NCBI RefSeq assembly: GCF_009914755.1
Contig: NC_060947.1
Direction: 5' to 3' (one strand)
From: the human T2T-CHM13v2.0 reference genome, Homo sapiens
DNA length: 64,000 nt
Shown: positions 39,351 through 55,610 of the stretch, in pieces
How positions within the stretch are numbered: the stretch's first letter is position 1
Layout of the letters: each line of letters starts with the position of its first letter
Made by a program: the position numbers and the translations under genes
The notes under the pieces: generated by a model
The model's database searches: none
What the model saw: the letters and a program-made list of their open reading frames with translations, nothing else
Told to the model about the DNA's origin: nothing

Positions 39351-41954
39351 CACTTTGGTTAAAGGCCTGAGCGCTGTGTGGCCTTGGACAAGTAACTTAA
39401 TGTCTCTGAACTTGTTTATTCATCTGTAAAGTGAGAATTACAATAGCTACCTTCCAGAGTCATTATTGCATTTATATATTCAACTAATATTAATTGGCCT
39501 CTTACACGCCAAACATTTTGCTGTTGCTTTACATTTTTTTTTTATCCTGAGTTGATCCTCACAAGACTTCTAGAAGGTTATTATAGGACATTATTTCCAT
39601 CTTACATATGGAACTGATATTCGGAGTTGTAAGGTTTGATAACACATGGCAAGTAAACAGCAGATGCAAGACTTAAATCCAGATCTTTGCTTCAAAGCTT
39701 ATGATCTATCTGGCTGAGTGTTACTCAGATGAGTGATGATGGACTTACTCTTGGAGATATCACCCTATCTTAAGAATCTGCCTTATTACAACTGGAGACT
39801 CTAGTAAGAAGTAAAACTCTCCAACCTTTAAAGAAAGCAACAGGATCAGAGTTTCTCGTCTAATTTCCTGAACTTCTTTAAAGAGATGGAATGGGAAAAG
39901 GGCATTTAGTTAAACTTTGCCCAGGGATTCCCCCAGGTTGTCTTTTTTTTTCTAGTTTAATTATATACCAAATGTTACTAAACAGATGGAATCCCACAAG
40001 CAGTTTAGCTTGAAAAAGCAGAATGCCTAAAAGGAGCTAACCCAAAGAACGATGAGGGTCACTGTTGCATTGTCAGGATAGTATAAATACTGTAAAAAGT
40101 GGTTTTTAAGATAGAGGAACAACGAACATCCCCAGAGTCAAATGATGCTTAAAATGAAGATGATATCCTTTTTAATACAGAGGCTTCTCTGTGTGTAAAC
40201 ATTGACGTGGAGTTTAAAGGAAATAAGAAGTAAGAACGTGGAAATTCCCAATCAACCAAGTTGATCTTTGTTTAATAGAGAAGAAACTGAGATTTTAGCA
40301 TTTTTAAGTTGCCCAGCAATTCCTCCAATGGAAGTCTTCTGGAATCAAAGATCTCTTACTCCTTTACCAAATGTTTCCAGCATCTAGGAGACAAAGAGAA
40401 ACACTGCTCATTTCTGTCAAAACCTGGTGCTACGTAACCATTCTGAAAGCTTTTAAATGACCTCAAGCTTCTCTCCATCTCCAGACCAGCATTCAAAACA
40501 TCCTAGGAAAAGAGTCTTTTCCCTTTTTCCCAACATCACCCATTGTTAGAGATTTCTCTGGATATTATGACCCTTTGCCTCCCATACACATTTTCACTTG
40601 CACAAATACCTGCACCCTGTAATGACTTTCTTCTGTGCTGTGCACTAGTGTAGTGTAAGACATAGCCAAGAGCATCCCATAGGTTGTTAATAGGCGTATG
40701 GGTCATTGGTCCTGGGTATCAGCTTCTTCTTATTTTTTTGTTAGCAAGAGACTACAGATTGTCTGATTCAACTGCTTGACTCAGTTTTAGAAAAATAAAA
40801 GACAAGAAAACTGAATGGCTGCTTTTCCTTAGAGTAGCAACCCAAGAACCAGTGTTGAAGCTGCCTTCGTGGAGATATTAAATCTATAACATTTGTTACA
40901 GGTAGCGATTTGTGGGTTTTTTTTTTTTTTTTTTTTTTTGGTATCCTTTTCAGGCAATAAACTTGGCAAAATGAAGTCAAGTAATCAAGTCAGGGCAGAA
41001 ATATCATTATGACAGAAGGTTCAACAAGATTGTCTAGTTATTACATTGTTTATTTTCTTCTAAAAATGTAATACTGTAGTTTAAAAGTTCACTTAGCTGT
41101 AATTTGGAGTTGTGTTAAAGAAACATTTCATATTCAAGTTAAATCAGTCTTGAATTTTAACTAAAAGACCACAAAATTTTGTAAAATACAGCATCAAAAG
41201 TCTTGGCTAATGAAAAAAGTTAATATAAAGAAAATTTATGAAATAGATGGGTTATGTAACATTCTACAAAGTATTAATTCTGATAGTTGCTGAACATAAA
41301 ATTTGCATTTCATATAAACTTATAAATGCTTTCTGACATGGTAGATATATATTTTATCGGAGGCAGGGAAAGAGGATATACCCTTTGGGAAAGAACTATA
41401 CAAAGATTTTTATTTGACTATATAGTTTGAGAATGAGTTTCTGAGTAATTCCACTTTTTGCTCATAAAGAACCTCGGCATTTGTGTTGTTGCTCAAGTTT
41501 GATGTGGCTTCTCCACAGGAACTTTCTAGATCTATGACAGTAAGAGACCAGAGCAGTGAGAATATCCAGGGGCTTTGCTGTGCCACTGACCTCACTGAGT
41601 CTGTTACGGAACCTGAGATCTCGTTTCAGCATCCCTCAAAGTATACTGGAAAAAACTGAGGCTCAGAGAAAAATAAATCCAGGGCCCCTTTCTGTCCCTA
41701 ACTTCAACCCTCTATATATTGAACAATTCAGTCTTTCCTGGCCAGGTCTAGTAGACAGAAAATAATTGGTCAATGGCGTTTGCCTCGTTCTAGGAAGTGG
41801 AAGGAGAAATAAACTAGTAGTGATGTGAGATGGCAAGAGTGGAGAAGAGAGGTATTTTTAAAAATAAGTGGGCAAGGTAGTACATAATTTGTTTCAAAAA
41901 CATTTCTGATTATTATATATACGAAGAACAAATGTCTTCTCAAGAAGGCAGTAT

Positions 41955-42175
41955 TGAATTGAACAATGAGAATACATGGACACAGGAAGGGAAACATCAC
42001 ACACCGGGGCCTGTTGTGGGGTCGGGGGAGGGGGGAGGGATAGCATTAGGAGATATACCTAATGTTAAATGACCAGTTAACGGGTGCAGCACACCAACAT
42101 GGCACATGTATACATATGTAACAAACCTGCACGTTGTGCACATGTACCCTAAAACTTAGAGTATAATAAAAAAAA
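41955..42175 (+). mobile_element. L1PA4-like 3' end
   Basis: gaattgaacaatgag...aatgttaaatgac...gtataataaaaaaaa. No clear TSD. Confidence 0.92.
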
Positions 42176-42940
42176 TTGCAACTGAATACCTTACAAGGTC
42201 AAAGAATGACTAAACAAACTTCAGAACCTCAAAAGAGTCTTAATCAACAAGGATATCTATTTAAAGTTGCAGAATTATCAACCAGCTACCATAATGCACA
42301 TTAGATAGCAAATTTTGAAAATTCAGCCCACCTTTCCCCAAAATGAAGCCCATTGGTGACTGAGAAATCGTAAAATAAGATTTACTAGTCATTTCAGATA
42401 TTGCTTTATTTTTCCTAAATAATACCACAGTCTTGAATAAATGCAGACCATAAACTTTTTTTAAAAAATTATGAATTAGCCCTCACTTACAAAAGACTAC
42501 CTCAGTTCTGTAAAGGGCCTTTTTGCTATATTTTTTCACTCTTTTGTTACTCCCAGAAACCCTATAACATGAAGAGACTGAGGAACTTAAATGACATTTC
42601 ACAAAATAAAAATTACAAATGGTAAACCTACATAAACAGCATTTTATTCTTAAGTATTCAAGGAAAGAAAACTAAAATAAAACATAATAATAGTAAAGTA
42701 AGAGTTTGCATCAGCAAATTAACAAAAATAAAGTGATATTAACTGAGACTCCTGCAGTTAATGCAGAATTGGGTCACTCCGATTTTACTGGTGGACAGGG
42801 AAAGAGGATACACCCTTTGGGAAAGTAATCTGCTAATATATCAAGAACTGTGCAAAGATTTTTATTTGACCCATAAATTCTGATCCTGGAAATCTGTCAC
42901 AAAGAAATAATGCCACTAAAGGAACAAATATATTCTAAGG

Positions 42941-43137
42941 CAATGATACTCAATCAAAGGCAACTTTGACCCCAGGATATATTTGGCAATATCTGGAGAT
43001 GTTTTTGTTTGTTACAACTGTGAGGGTGCTACGGGCATCTGGTGGATAGAGGCCAGGAATGTTGCTACACATCTTACACCTATAGGAAACCCCCCCACAG
43101 AAAATAATTATCAATAGGGCTGAAACTGGAAACCCTG
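42941..43137 (+). mobile_element. MER20 inside an old L1M remnant
   Basis: atttggcaatatctggagatgttttt...ggcatctggtggatagaggccagg...gaaaccctg. Confidence 0.8.
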
Positions 43138-43864
43138 ACTCTAAAGTGCTGATTGCAGAAAGTGTGTGTAATTAGGGACACAATTAGGGACACACTGGAA
43201 ACAACTTAGACGTCCATTACCCCAAAAAGCAGATGGATGTTTAGAGAAGTCAAATTATATCTATCTATTTGATATACTATTGTGTAGACATTTTAAATGT
43301 TAGAGTGCTTTAAATAAAAAATTTAAAAAATACAACAAAAAGTAGAACCAAAAAAAATACTAGTGCCATTTGGAAGGAATATGAGTGGATTGGATATGGA
43401 TAAATGAGTGGCTATGGAGTCAGTAACACAAGTTTATTGCCATATTTTAGATTTGTTGAAAAAGAATCAGTTCGTTCTTCAAATAATATCATAGCGTCAG
43501 GGTCATCTTCTTCCCTAACTCCTCTCCAGCTAATATGTCTAGTTTGAAAAAAGTACTGATCAAGTAAAAAGACAATGTACCAAATTGAGGAAAACACCCT
43601 AAGAATTTTTATGGATTTTGCTGACATGAAATTTATTCTCTTCAGTTGCAAACTGAAAGACACTCATCTCATTCAGTCTGTTCAAGAATGAATTAGCAAT
43701 AACATCCTCAGCAGAATTTAGGACAATCAACTTCTTATCATCCAAGTCTGTATTTCTAGATAGTACTAGGTCAGAAAGAAAGACAAGAAAAGATGTGCAA
43801 CATAATTTGGAGTGACAATTGTATAGTAAAGAAAACTAAAGATGCCAAAACCAAAACTACTTAG

Positions 43865-43866
<2 letters not shown>

Positions 43867-43920
<54 letters not shown>

Positions 43921-43941
43921 TGTGTGTTTGGTGTGCGTGTC
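43867..43941. repeat. (GT)n microsatellite, long, with degenerate tail
   Basis: More than 20 perfect GT units. Confidence 0.97.
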
Positions 43942-44032
43942 TGTTTGGAGGAGGTGATATCAAGTGAAATTAGGCCAATAGTCTGCTTTTCTATATTCTT
44001 AAATGGGGGTATGGACAGTGCAAAAAATGTAC

Positions 44033-44512
44033 TGTGGTGGGCAAAATATTTTACCAAAAGATGTCTAGCTTTGTAATTTCTGAAACCTGGAATATATTGT
44101 TACATGGCAAGGAAGAATTAAAGTTGTACATAGAATTGAGGCTGCTAATCAGTTGATTGCTAATGTAATCACAAGAGTTTTTTATATGTGAAAAAGGGAG
44201 ACAGGAGAGTCAGAGTCTGAGGAGGAGATGTGATGATGAAAGTAGAGGTCAGAGTGGTATAATTTCTGGCTCTGAAGATGGGAGGGGACTATGAGCCAAG
44301 GAATGCCGGCAACTTCTAGGAGCTAAGAAAGGCAAGAAAATGGATGATCTCCTAGAATCTCCAGAAAGAACACACTCAACCAATGCCTAATATTAGAAGA
44401 ATGAGACCTCTGTTATGCTTCTGATGCCCATAACTATAAGATAATATATCTTTCTTGTTTTAAACCACTAAGATTTTGGTGAATTGCTATAGAAGCAACA
44501 GGAAACCAACAC
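44033..44512 (+). mobile_element. MLT1D-like LTR
   Basis: tgtggtgggc...tgaagatgggaggggactatgagccaaggaatgc...ggaaaccaacaca. Confidence 0.82.
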
Positions 44513-45200
44513 AATTACCTCTTTGTAACTATGTATGCATTATACCTGTCCATGTATGTGTCTGTTGGGAGAGCACATGGGTGCAGTTTTACCTTATTTT
44601 TCTTATAGTGGCCTTGCTCTGGAAAAATGTTACTGTTTCAAGTAATTTTTTTTTGTCCAGTGATTGATTGTGTGCTTGCCTGGAAATAACTGTTCCTCTG
44701 GCTTCTGTCACACGAAGAATGCAAGGTAAAGCAAGAAAATGAGAAATAACTTTTTGAAGTTCTTGTTAATAAAACAATGACTTCTCTAATAGTCAAAGTG
44801 AAGGAAATACGTATGTTTTGTAATAAAGAATAAAAAAAACAGTACAGTGTAATGGGAAAAAATATAGATTTTGCTGTCAGACATATTTGAGTTCAAATCC
44901 TGGCATGGATATTTTGAGTAACCAAGGGCAAGTTACTTCACCTTTCTAGTTCAAAATCACATTGTTTCTTATTGGAAAAATGACCCATCCCCTGCAAACC
45001 TTGCTGTGGTTTGAATATGTTTAATGTTTATATTATATAAAATGGTATTCTTCCAAAAATTAGAAATTAACAGTAAGATACCTTGCATGCAGTCTCGAAG
45101 AGCAGTCAGAGTGATGTTTCTAAAAATCAAATTTGGCCTCTTTACGTTAAATTTGACCCCCCTTACATTGAAGCTTTCAGTAGCTTTCTATCACCTACAG

Positions 45201-46920
<1,720 letters not shown>

Positions 46921-47473
46921 CCTACTAGATAAATTATAAGTTCCTAAGCAGGACATGCACAGCCTTACATATGTGGCTTCTACTTTTATTTCCAGCCTTA
47001 TTTCTCATCACTCATTGCCTCATTGCACTTCATGGACCAATAATCCTGAAATGCATCTAGTCCAGAATAGACTATGCTCATTCATGTGTTTCTGCATTCT
47101 GATGCTTTTCAGACCATTTGGTGCACAGTAATACATAATGCCATCCCCCTTGTCTTTTGTACTCCTCTCCCCATCCTTTGAGATGTAACCCACAAGTTAA
47201 TGCCTTCACAGTCTTTTCTAAATTCTCCCCACTTAGAGCCTTCCTTCTCTGTGCTCTTTAGCACTTTCTGAACACCCCCATCACTCATACTTCTATTAAA
47301 ATAGTCTTCTTACACTTCATTCTCCCTCTTTTTATACAAAATTATGCTCTTCTTTAGGGTAGAAACTCTGCATTATTTGCAGGCGGATAGTTGTAACCCC
47401 AATTCTGTTGTCTACGTAGGTTTGCAATACATTGCTATTTGAATGAATACAGTAATTAATGTAAACCTGTTCA

Positions 47474-48139
47474 AACAGGTGCTGGTGAGGCCGTGGCCAA
47501 ACGGGAAGGCATCTACACTGTTGATGGGAATGTAAATTAGTTAAGCCACTGTGGAAAGCAGTGTAGAGATTTCTCAAAGAACTTAAAACAGTACTACAAC
47601 TCAACCCAGCAATCCCATTACTGGATATATATCCAAAAGAAAATAGATCATTCTGGTAAAAAGACACACGCACTCATATGCTCATCACAACACTATTCAC
47701 AATAGCAAAGATGTGGAATCAACCTAAGTACACATCAACAGTGGACTGGATAAAAAAAAATGTGATACATATATACCATGGAATACTATGCAGCAATAAA
47801 CAAGAATGAGATCACGTCCTTTACAGGGACATGGATGCAGCTGGAGGCCATTATCCTAAGCAAACTAATGCAGGGACAGAAAACCAAATACCGCATGTTC
47901 TCACTTATAAGTGGGAGCTAAACAATGAGAAATCATGGACGCTAAGAGGGAAAAGACAGACACTGGGCCCTACTTAATGGTAAAGGGTGGGAGGAGGGAG
48001 AGGATCAGAAAAAATACCTGTCAAGTACTGTGCTTATTACCTGGGTAATAATTTCTATACCAGATCTCCATGACATGCAGTTCACCTATATAACAAACCT
48101 GCACATATACCCCTGAACCTAAAATAAAAGTTTAGAAAA
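47474..48139 (+). mobile_element. Older L1PA/L1PB 3' region
   Basis: ORF2 C-terminal text (acccagcaatcccattactgg) through acccctgaacctaaaataaaag. Confidence 0.9.
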
Positions 48140-48764
48140 GCATATTCCACAAGACAAGCCTGGGGAAAAATGAACATCCCAAGAAATCATGTTTAGTTTA
48201 AATTTCACCACCTTCACCACAAACAGATTTTCAGTTTAGTACAATATTCAACTAAATAACAAAATGCTAGTTGCTTTATTCAATATCTATTCAGCAAAAT
48301 TATCAAATGTACACTTCTTTTCCTACTCTATGCCTCTTGCTGAAGAAGATGAGAGTCACTGATTATACAATGATAATTATGTACTTTTATGATTGAAAGC
48401 AAACCGGATTTGAAGTCATTTTTTTAAATCTGTATGTTCCATTTAATAACTATGTAACCTTGAATAAATTATTTATTCCCCCTGAGCCTCAGTTTTTATA
48501 GGTGTGAAATGGAGATAATAGTTCTTGCTTAAAATAAGTTATATTAATCACATGAGAAAATTTAAGTAAACACACCTATTACAGTGCTCAGTACACAATA
48601 AGAGTGCCATAAACATTTATTTGAACAAAGAGTACACGGTTTTTATCTTTGAAGTTACTACAAGGTAATTTTAGCATCATACATACGAACAATCCTCATT
48701 TGAGGATAAAAGAATTAGATGCAAAATAACCAAGAAGTAACACGGTTTAGGAGCTCAACTTAAA

Positions 48765-48960
48765 TATATTGTATATTGCAAAGTTGCTAATCAAAGTTTA
48801 ACATTCTCACCACCCACAAAAATAGCAAGTTGGTGAGGTGATGGATATGTTAGTTAGGTTTATTAGATCTTTTTTCAATGTATACATAGATCAAAACATC
48901 ACATTGTAGCTGATAAATATACACAATGATTATTTGTCAATAAAAAATAATTACTAAAAG
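48765..48960 (+). mobile_element. L1MA 3' tip
   Basis: ggtgaggtgatggatatgttag...atcaaaacatcacattgta. Confidence 0.7.
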
Positions 48961-49017
48961 TACATTGAAGAAAAATCGGAAAAATTAAGAAGTAGGTTCA
49001 TTAGGGCGCTATAGTTC

Positions 49018-49172
49018 CCTGCTACTCAAAATGTGGTCCACGTGATACCAGCATTTATATCACTTAGGAGCTTGTACAGAATTCTGAGACCCACCCTACC
49101 CCTTCTGAATCAGAATCTGCATTTTAACTAGATCTCTAGGTCAGTCCTTTGCACATTAAAATTTAAGAAGTA
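49018..49172 (+). mobile_element. MER5A-like fossil
   Basis: gctactcaaaatgtggtcc...ctgaatcagaatctgcattttaac. Confidence 0.7.
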
Positions 49173-49361
49173 CTTTTTTTAGAGAGACAAATGTCACGTC
49201 ATTAAGAGTTCCTACAAAATAATTAACTCTGGATAAATATGTAGGGCCACTACTTTTCTTGTTCCGAGGGCTCACTTAAAACGTTGACAGCTTTCTGAGT
49301 GCTATCCTTGGTGTTGATTTCACCTTACATTGAACCTAAAAACTCAAATTATGTTACTTGC

Positions 49362-49709
49362 TGTCTCAGTCCTTTTGGGCGGCTATCACAGATTGGTAGC
49401 CTACGAACAACAAAAGTCTATTTCTCACAGTTCTGGAGTCTAAGTTCAAGATCAAGGCATTGGCAGATTCTGTATCTGGTGATGGTATATTTTCTGTTTT
49501 ACTGATGGTACCTTCTTACTGGGTCCTCATATGATAGATGGAGGCAAATAAGTTTCCTCGGTCTCTTTTAAACGGCATTAATTCAATTCATGAAGGCTCT
49601 GCCCTCATGATCTAATCACTACCCAAAGGATCTTCTAAAAGTATCACATTAGGGAGTTAGGATTTCAACAGATAAAATGTAGGAGGACACAAATGTTCAG
49701 GCCACCGCA
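49362..49709 (-). mobile_element. MLT1A solo LTR
   Basis: TG...CA termini with TSD cttgc (49357-49361, 49710-49714). Confidence 0.85.
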
Positions 49710-51436
49710 CTTGCCTGGATGAAGCTAACAACCAGACAGGTCTCCTTGTGAAACAAGAAAGTGAGCTTTGAAGTTTGGGTGCTAAATGAAATACACATGT
49801 CATATTTCAGTCTCTTGTCAACCTTAGCAGAGAGATCAGTGAAGGAGAATTCTTCCTTGTGCTGGCATAATAGACTTGAATTTCAGTGTTTGATTAGGGA
49901 TTTCATCTGTTAAAATATTTTCTGAATATTTAATTAACACAAATGAGTATTTACCAAGTTAAGCCTAGTATATGGATGCCCCTATATAACAGGAAAGATA
50001 GACACAGGAGATGAATTTAACAAAAGTTATTTCTCCGATAAGTTGTAAAAATCAGCTGTATTCTTTATCATTAGACGGTATGGAGAATCACAGTGATTCT
50101 CAAGCATTATTTTGTATATGAATAATTTAAAAAGCATAATGAAATCCAGAGTCTTGGGCCTCAACCCTAGAAGTTCTGATTCAGTAGGACTAAACTAAGA
50201 GAATGATTAGTTTATCAAGTTCTCCAGTTGATGGCCTGTAGGTCATACTTTAAGAAATGCTGAAATCTAACCAGGTCAGAATATTGAATTGGAACAGCTG
50301 GGAAACGGAAGAGGTATTAGCAATTATCTGAATATTTAGTATGTACTGGGTGTATTAGTAACATGATGGCATTTTACTTTCCCATTTTTATTCTGTAAGG
50401 GAGCTGTTATCCCCATTTTACAGATTGGAAACAAGGTCACATATCTGGGAATGGTGGAGCCAACATATGCTCCTAAGTCTCTCTGACTCCACAACTGATG
50501 CTCTTCTCACCATGATACAATGTTGACCCTTAACCTATCGTATCCTGGTTTGAATCAATTTATTTTTGTAGCCATGGACAAGGTACTTCAGTTTTTTGAG
50601 TTTTAGTTTTCTCTTCTGAAAAATAGGGACAGTAAAAGCAGCTCTGTCAATTTCATAAGACTGTTGTGACAATCACACACAATCATGGATGTGAAAATAT
50701 TTTGAGTTTTTCAACTTTTGTTTCTGCAAAATGCATATCTTGATCTTGGTTGTTCATCCAGGGGCCCAACATAGTTCAAAATGTAAAATAAGTGTGAAAA
50801 TATTTTATGTTGTTTTGTTATTGCTGCTTGCTTATTTCTGACAACAAATCAATGCATAATTTTTGTAGAAATTTTAGAAAATATATACAATTAGAATGAA
50901 TCAAAATATCATTCTTTCCCTTCAATCAACACAATTTTCTCTCCAAGTTATTTTTCCTCTGTGTTGGCAGAAAATCCCATCATTTATGGATCCAATTCCT
51001 ACTCCCAGGATAATACCAGGATTTAAAGAGCTGCCAAATAAAGGTCATGGAAGATTAGCTTCTCACCTCTCCTCTGACCTATTATGGTAATAGACGTTGT
51101 TCTACATGTGGGGTCTTGCCACCTTCACACAACTCCTTCACTAAGAGGTGTTCAGGTCCCTCCTACCTTGAGACTCATAGGTCTGTCTTTCCAAGACTGA
51201 AGAGATCTCTCCCCTCCCTTTCTCGACTTTCAAAGGCATCTTTCTTTCACTTTTTTTTATGACTCCATTTACGTAAACCTACTCATGACTCTTCAGTAGG
51301 TTTAAGCTTCTATAAACAATAGGACATGTCTATAAATATAAGCTGCTTTGGTACTGGATCCTACAAAAAGTGCTTGAGGCAAGGAATTACAAAGGATTGA
51401 ACCACCTGCTTGAATTGTGGGGAAAAGAAAAACCAA

Positions 51437-51789
51437 CACTATGCAGCCATAAAAAAGGATGAGTTCATGTCCTTTGTAGGGACATGGATGAAGCTGGAAA
51501 CCATCATTCTGAGCAAACTATCACAAGGACAGAAAACCAAACACCACATGTTCTCACTCATACGTGGGAATTGAACAATGAGAACACTTGGACACAGGGT
51601 GGGGAACATCACGCACCGGGGCCTGTCGTGGGGTCGGGGGAGTGGGGAGGGATAGCATTAGGAGATATATCTAATGTAAATGACCAGTTAACGGGTGCAG
51701 CACACCAACATGGTACATGTATACATATGTAACAAACCTGCACGTTGTGCACATGTACCCTAGAACTTAAAGTATAACAATAAAAAAAA
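51437..51789 (+). mobile_element. L1PA5-like 3' end
   Basis: actatgcagccataaaaaaggatgagttcatgtcc...ctagaacttaaagtata. Confidence 0.92.
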
Positions 51790-52787
51790 TTGAGTATTAA
51801 AAAATAAAACTTTCAGCATAAGGAGTTATATGGGAGGATCTAAAAGTGATCTAGAAAGAGGGACACTAAAGGTAATTAATGTTACAGGAAATAAGTGGTT
51901 GAGGACAGGATAGAAATCAGTAGGATTCATTGAAATGGGATGTGAAATACAGATAACTGGTTAAAGAACCAAAATAAAAAAGAGTGAGGACATCTGGATG
52001 TTGAAAAAAAAAAAAAAAGAAAAACAAAATAAAGAGTAATGCTCACATACGTATATATTTTTTAAAAATCCTACCATATGTAACAACACATAAACTTTCT
52101 GGGGAAAAAGTACCTCTAATCCGTCATTCAGGAAAAAACAGTGCTGTCCTTTTGGCACTTTTTTTTCCTCTACATTCTTGTATTTGACTTTTGTATTTTA
52201 GTCTTACATTGAGTTTTGTATCTTTGTTTTCAGTTAATATAATGCAGAAATTGTTTGCCCATATCAAAAAACTAAAGAAATATTAGGTCATATCAAAATG
52301 TGTACAATTATAAAAGTGTTTTGATAAGTAACTTCATATGCAATCACTTGTATGCATTTTGACCTATTTTCTTAAGAAGTAAACCTTGCAGTGGAAATAT
52401 AGGACTGAAAGGTACAGAGATGTAAGATATGATGATTCCATTCATTCATTCAACAAGGTCTTGAGTGTCTATTACATGCCAGGCACTGCCTATTATTATT
52501 TATTCCCAAGCTAGAGGAGAAATTTGGCTCCTTTGAATATATCTATTTGGCAAAATTAAATGTAGCTTCAGAATTCAGGTGATAAAAATGTCAGGACCAG
52601 CTGTTCCCACTGATCATGCTCCCCCTTAATGAGGAGAATGCTAGGGTTAAACATTTACAATCTGGATTAAATGAATTTTGATGCCCTTTTGGTTTTGTCA
52701 AAGTCCCAGAGACACCAAATTTTAACGGTTCATTAGCCGAGTTCAAGCATTTGCAAGATGACTGACTGTGTAAGGAGGGATTGGGAT

Positions 52788-52950
52788 CAGGGCAAGCTTT
52801 ATAAGTGTGTGACTGGTATAGCTGCACAGAGTTTCGCACTTAAAAGGGCTCTGCGCTTGGTTTAATTCTTTGCTACCACCATTTTGAAACTGATAATAAT
52901 TTTCAAACAAATAATTTTAACATTTTTATTTTGCACTAGGTTCTGCACAG
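52788..52950 (+). mobile_element. MER91A-like fossil
   Basis: aagggctctgcgcttggtttaat...cattttgaaactgataataatttt...ttttgcactagg. Confidence 0.65.
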
Positions 52951-53774
52951 TAAGGTGTTACTGCCATAAAAATGACACAGATGTTGGGTAGACTGAACAA
53001 TCATTATGACTAATTTTGATATTTTAGAGTACTGTCTGTTTGCTATAGGGCCCTTCAAATGGATCAGTCCCCTTGGCACAATATCCCCATCAGGAATTCT
53101 GTCAAGATGAGCCATAGGCAGAAATAACCTTATGTCAGTGACATTTTCCCAGATTATCCACTCTCCTGTTACGATTTACTCTGCTTTGCTTTTCCCCCCT
53201 TGTCTCTAATCTCTGATCCCTGTCTTGTGCCAGATTCCCAGCTGCTCTCCAAGTACCTGTTTTCAGGCTCCATTTGAGCAAGCTTTGGGACTCAGCAGCG
53301 TTTGTTACATATAATGTGAAAGTTCTTTCTGGACCTGATTACATGCAGTTGCAAGGAAAAGGCATTCACATATACCCCTTACCTTGAATTCGGCTAAATC
53401 CAAGAGAAAGAGATTAGTTAGTTAGGGGGCATGGATGCAGAAAGAGTTATATTGATTTAGTTTGGAAATGGCTGTCTTGAAGTTATTCTCTCCGGGAAAC
53501 CTTCCCTGATTCTCCAACAATAAATTGGCTGCTGCTTCTATGTGGCCCCATAGCACTTTATACTCACCCCTATGTAACACTAACCAGATTACAGGGTGAG
53601 CACATGCTTAGTTAACAATGTCTGACATTGCAATATACGCTACTTGGGGGCAGGCGCCATGTCTTCTTTGCTTACGTAACCCCCAAATATAGCTATAGTG
53701 TCTGGCACATAGTATTTACTCAAAAAATATTCATCAAATGAATTAATAGGTGAATAAATTAATAACATAATTAT

Positions 53775-55336
53775 TTGATTTTTTAATTGGTAGGTTTTAT
53801 TTTTAGAGCAGTTTTAGGTTTACAGAATGAACCGACCCACAGTTTCTCCTATTATTAACATGTTGTTTTAGTATGCTCTATTTATCACAATTAATGAACA
53901 ATATTGATATATTATTGTTAACTAAGGTCCCTGGTTTACATTACGTTTCACTGTTTGTGTGGTATATCAGTGGCTTTTGACAAGTATATAGTGACATGAA
54001 TCCACGTCTACAATATCATACAGAATAGTTTCAGTAAAAATCCACCGTGTTCCATCTATTCATCCATACCTCCCTCCCCTCAATCCAGTCTTAGCCTGAA
54101 CTCCTGACAATAACCGATCTTTCTACTATCTCCATGGTCTTGCCTTTTTCAGAATGTCAGACAGATGCCCCTCAAATTACAATGGGCCTCATGCAGATGA
54201 GTTTCTCTGGATGTAACAGCATCATAAATCAAGAAGCATACTTAAAGCATGTTGCTTTTGCAGCATCTTTTTAAAACATTGTGTTTATAATTGACTCATA
54301 ATAATTGTACATGTTTATGGTATACACTGTGATGTTTCAATACATATATACATTATATAACAATTAAATCAGAGTAAATAGCTCATCCATCGCCTTAAAC
54401 AGTTACCATTTCTTTGTGGTGAGAACATTCAAAAGCCTCTCTTTTAGTTGTTTTGAAATATAAAATACAATATTGTTAACTATAGTCACCCTACTGTGCA
54501 ATAGAACACCAGAACTTACTTTTCCCATCTATGATTAATTTTGCACCAGCTGATACACCTCATCTCCCATCCCCTCCTCTCTCCGACCTCTAGTAACCAC
54601 TATTTCTCTACTTCAACTTCATCAAATTCCACATATGAATAACATCATGCGGTATTTGTCTTTCTGTGTCTGGCTTATTTTACTTAACAGTTTGTCCTCC
54701 TGATTCATTCATGTTGCTAAAAATGACAGGAATTCATTCTTTTTAGAGGATAAATAATATTTCATTGTATATATATAACCACATATTCTTTATCTATTTA
54801 TCCATGGATATTTAAGTTGATTTCATATCTTGGCTATTCTCAATAGTGCTTCAATAAAAACGAGAGTGCAGATAACTCTTCAACATATTGATTTCAATTC
54901 CTTTGGATATATACCCGGTAGTGGAATTGCTGAATCATCCAGTTGTTCTATTTCTAATTTTTTGAGGACCCTCCACTCTTTTTTCCAAAGTCAAAACATT
55001 GTAAGTCGAGTCATCATAAGTTGGGGACCACTTGCAGTTGCAATTATATGGTATACAGCCTTCTGAGATTGGGTTATGTCCCTTAGAAATATGCTTTTTG
55101 CAGTTCTCTATGTTTCATCGTGCCTTCATAGCTCATTTCTTGTTATCACTGAATAATATTCCATTGCATGAATATGCCACAGTATGTTTATTCATTCACC
55201 TTTTGAAGGACAACTTCATTGCATCCAAGTACGAGCAATTATGAATACAGATGTTATAAGCATTCATGTGCAGGCATGTACATGGGCATAAGCTTTCAGC
55301 TCATTTGAATAAACACAAAGAAATGTGATTGCTGGG
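53775..55336 (-). mobile_element. Old L1M host with nested Tigger5/MER47-like element (about 54162-55034), itself split by a minus-strand L1MA (about 54268-54984)
   Basis: The host resumes across the insert (tcagaatgtca ... gttgcaattatatggtat). Tigger-like ends cagatgcccctcaaattacaatggg and cataagttggggacc. Confidence 0.7.
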
Positions 55337-55610
55337 AAAGAGGTACGTGGAGGAGAGTGTGGAACTCATCTTGATGGCATTGCTGCACCCCTGAATCCAG
55401 CCATTTTTGTGTATGCAGCCAGAAGCACTCCTGGACATTTCAGTACTATCAAGCTACGAATCCCCCTTTTTAACCTAGGACATTTAAAGTGAGTTGTCTG
55501 CCATCTTATATTGAGGAGTTGTGACTAATGCACTAGTACTCCTTTATTGATTATCAAATGAGCTATATTTTTCCTGATGTTATATTTTTATCCTATACCT
55601 GTGTGATCAC

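Noticed and set aside
42146-42170. L1HS-Ta call from the cttagagtataat ending
   Set aside because: Upstream diagnostics (cattaggag, aatgttaaatgac, cacaccaac) are older L1PA type, so it is probably a single substitution.
43170-43193. 12-bp tandem duplication aattagggacac, with ttaggg resembling telomere repeat
   Set aside because: A simple slippage duplication in an old L1 remnant, with no telomeric array.
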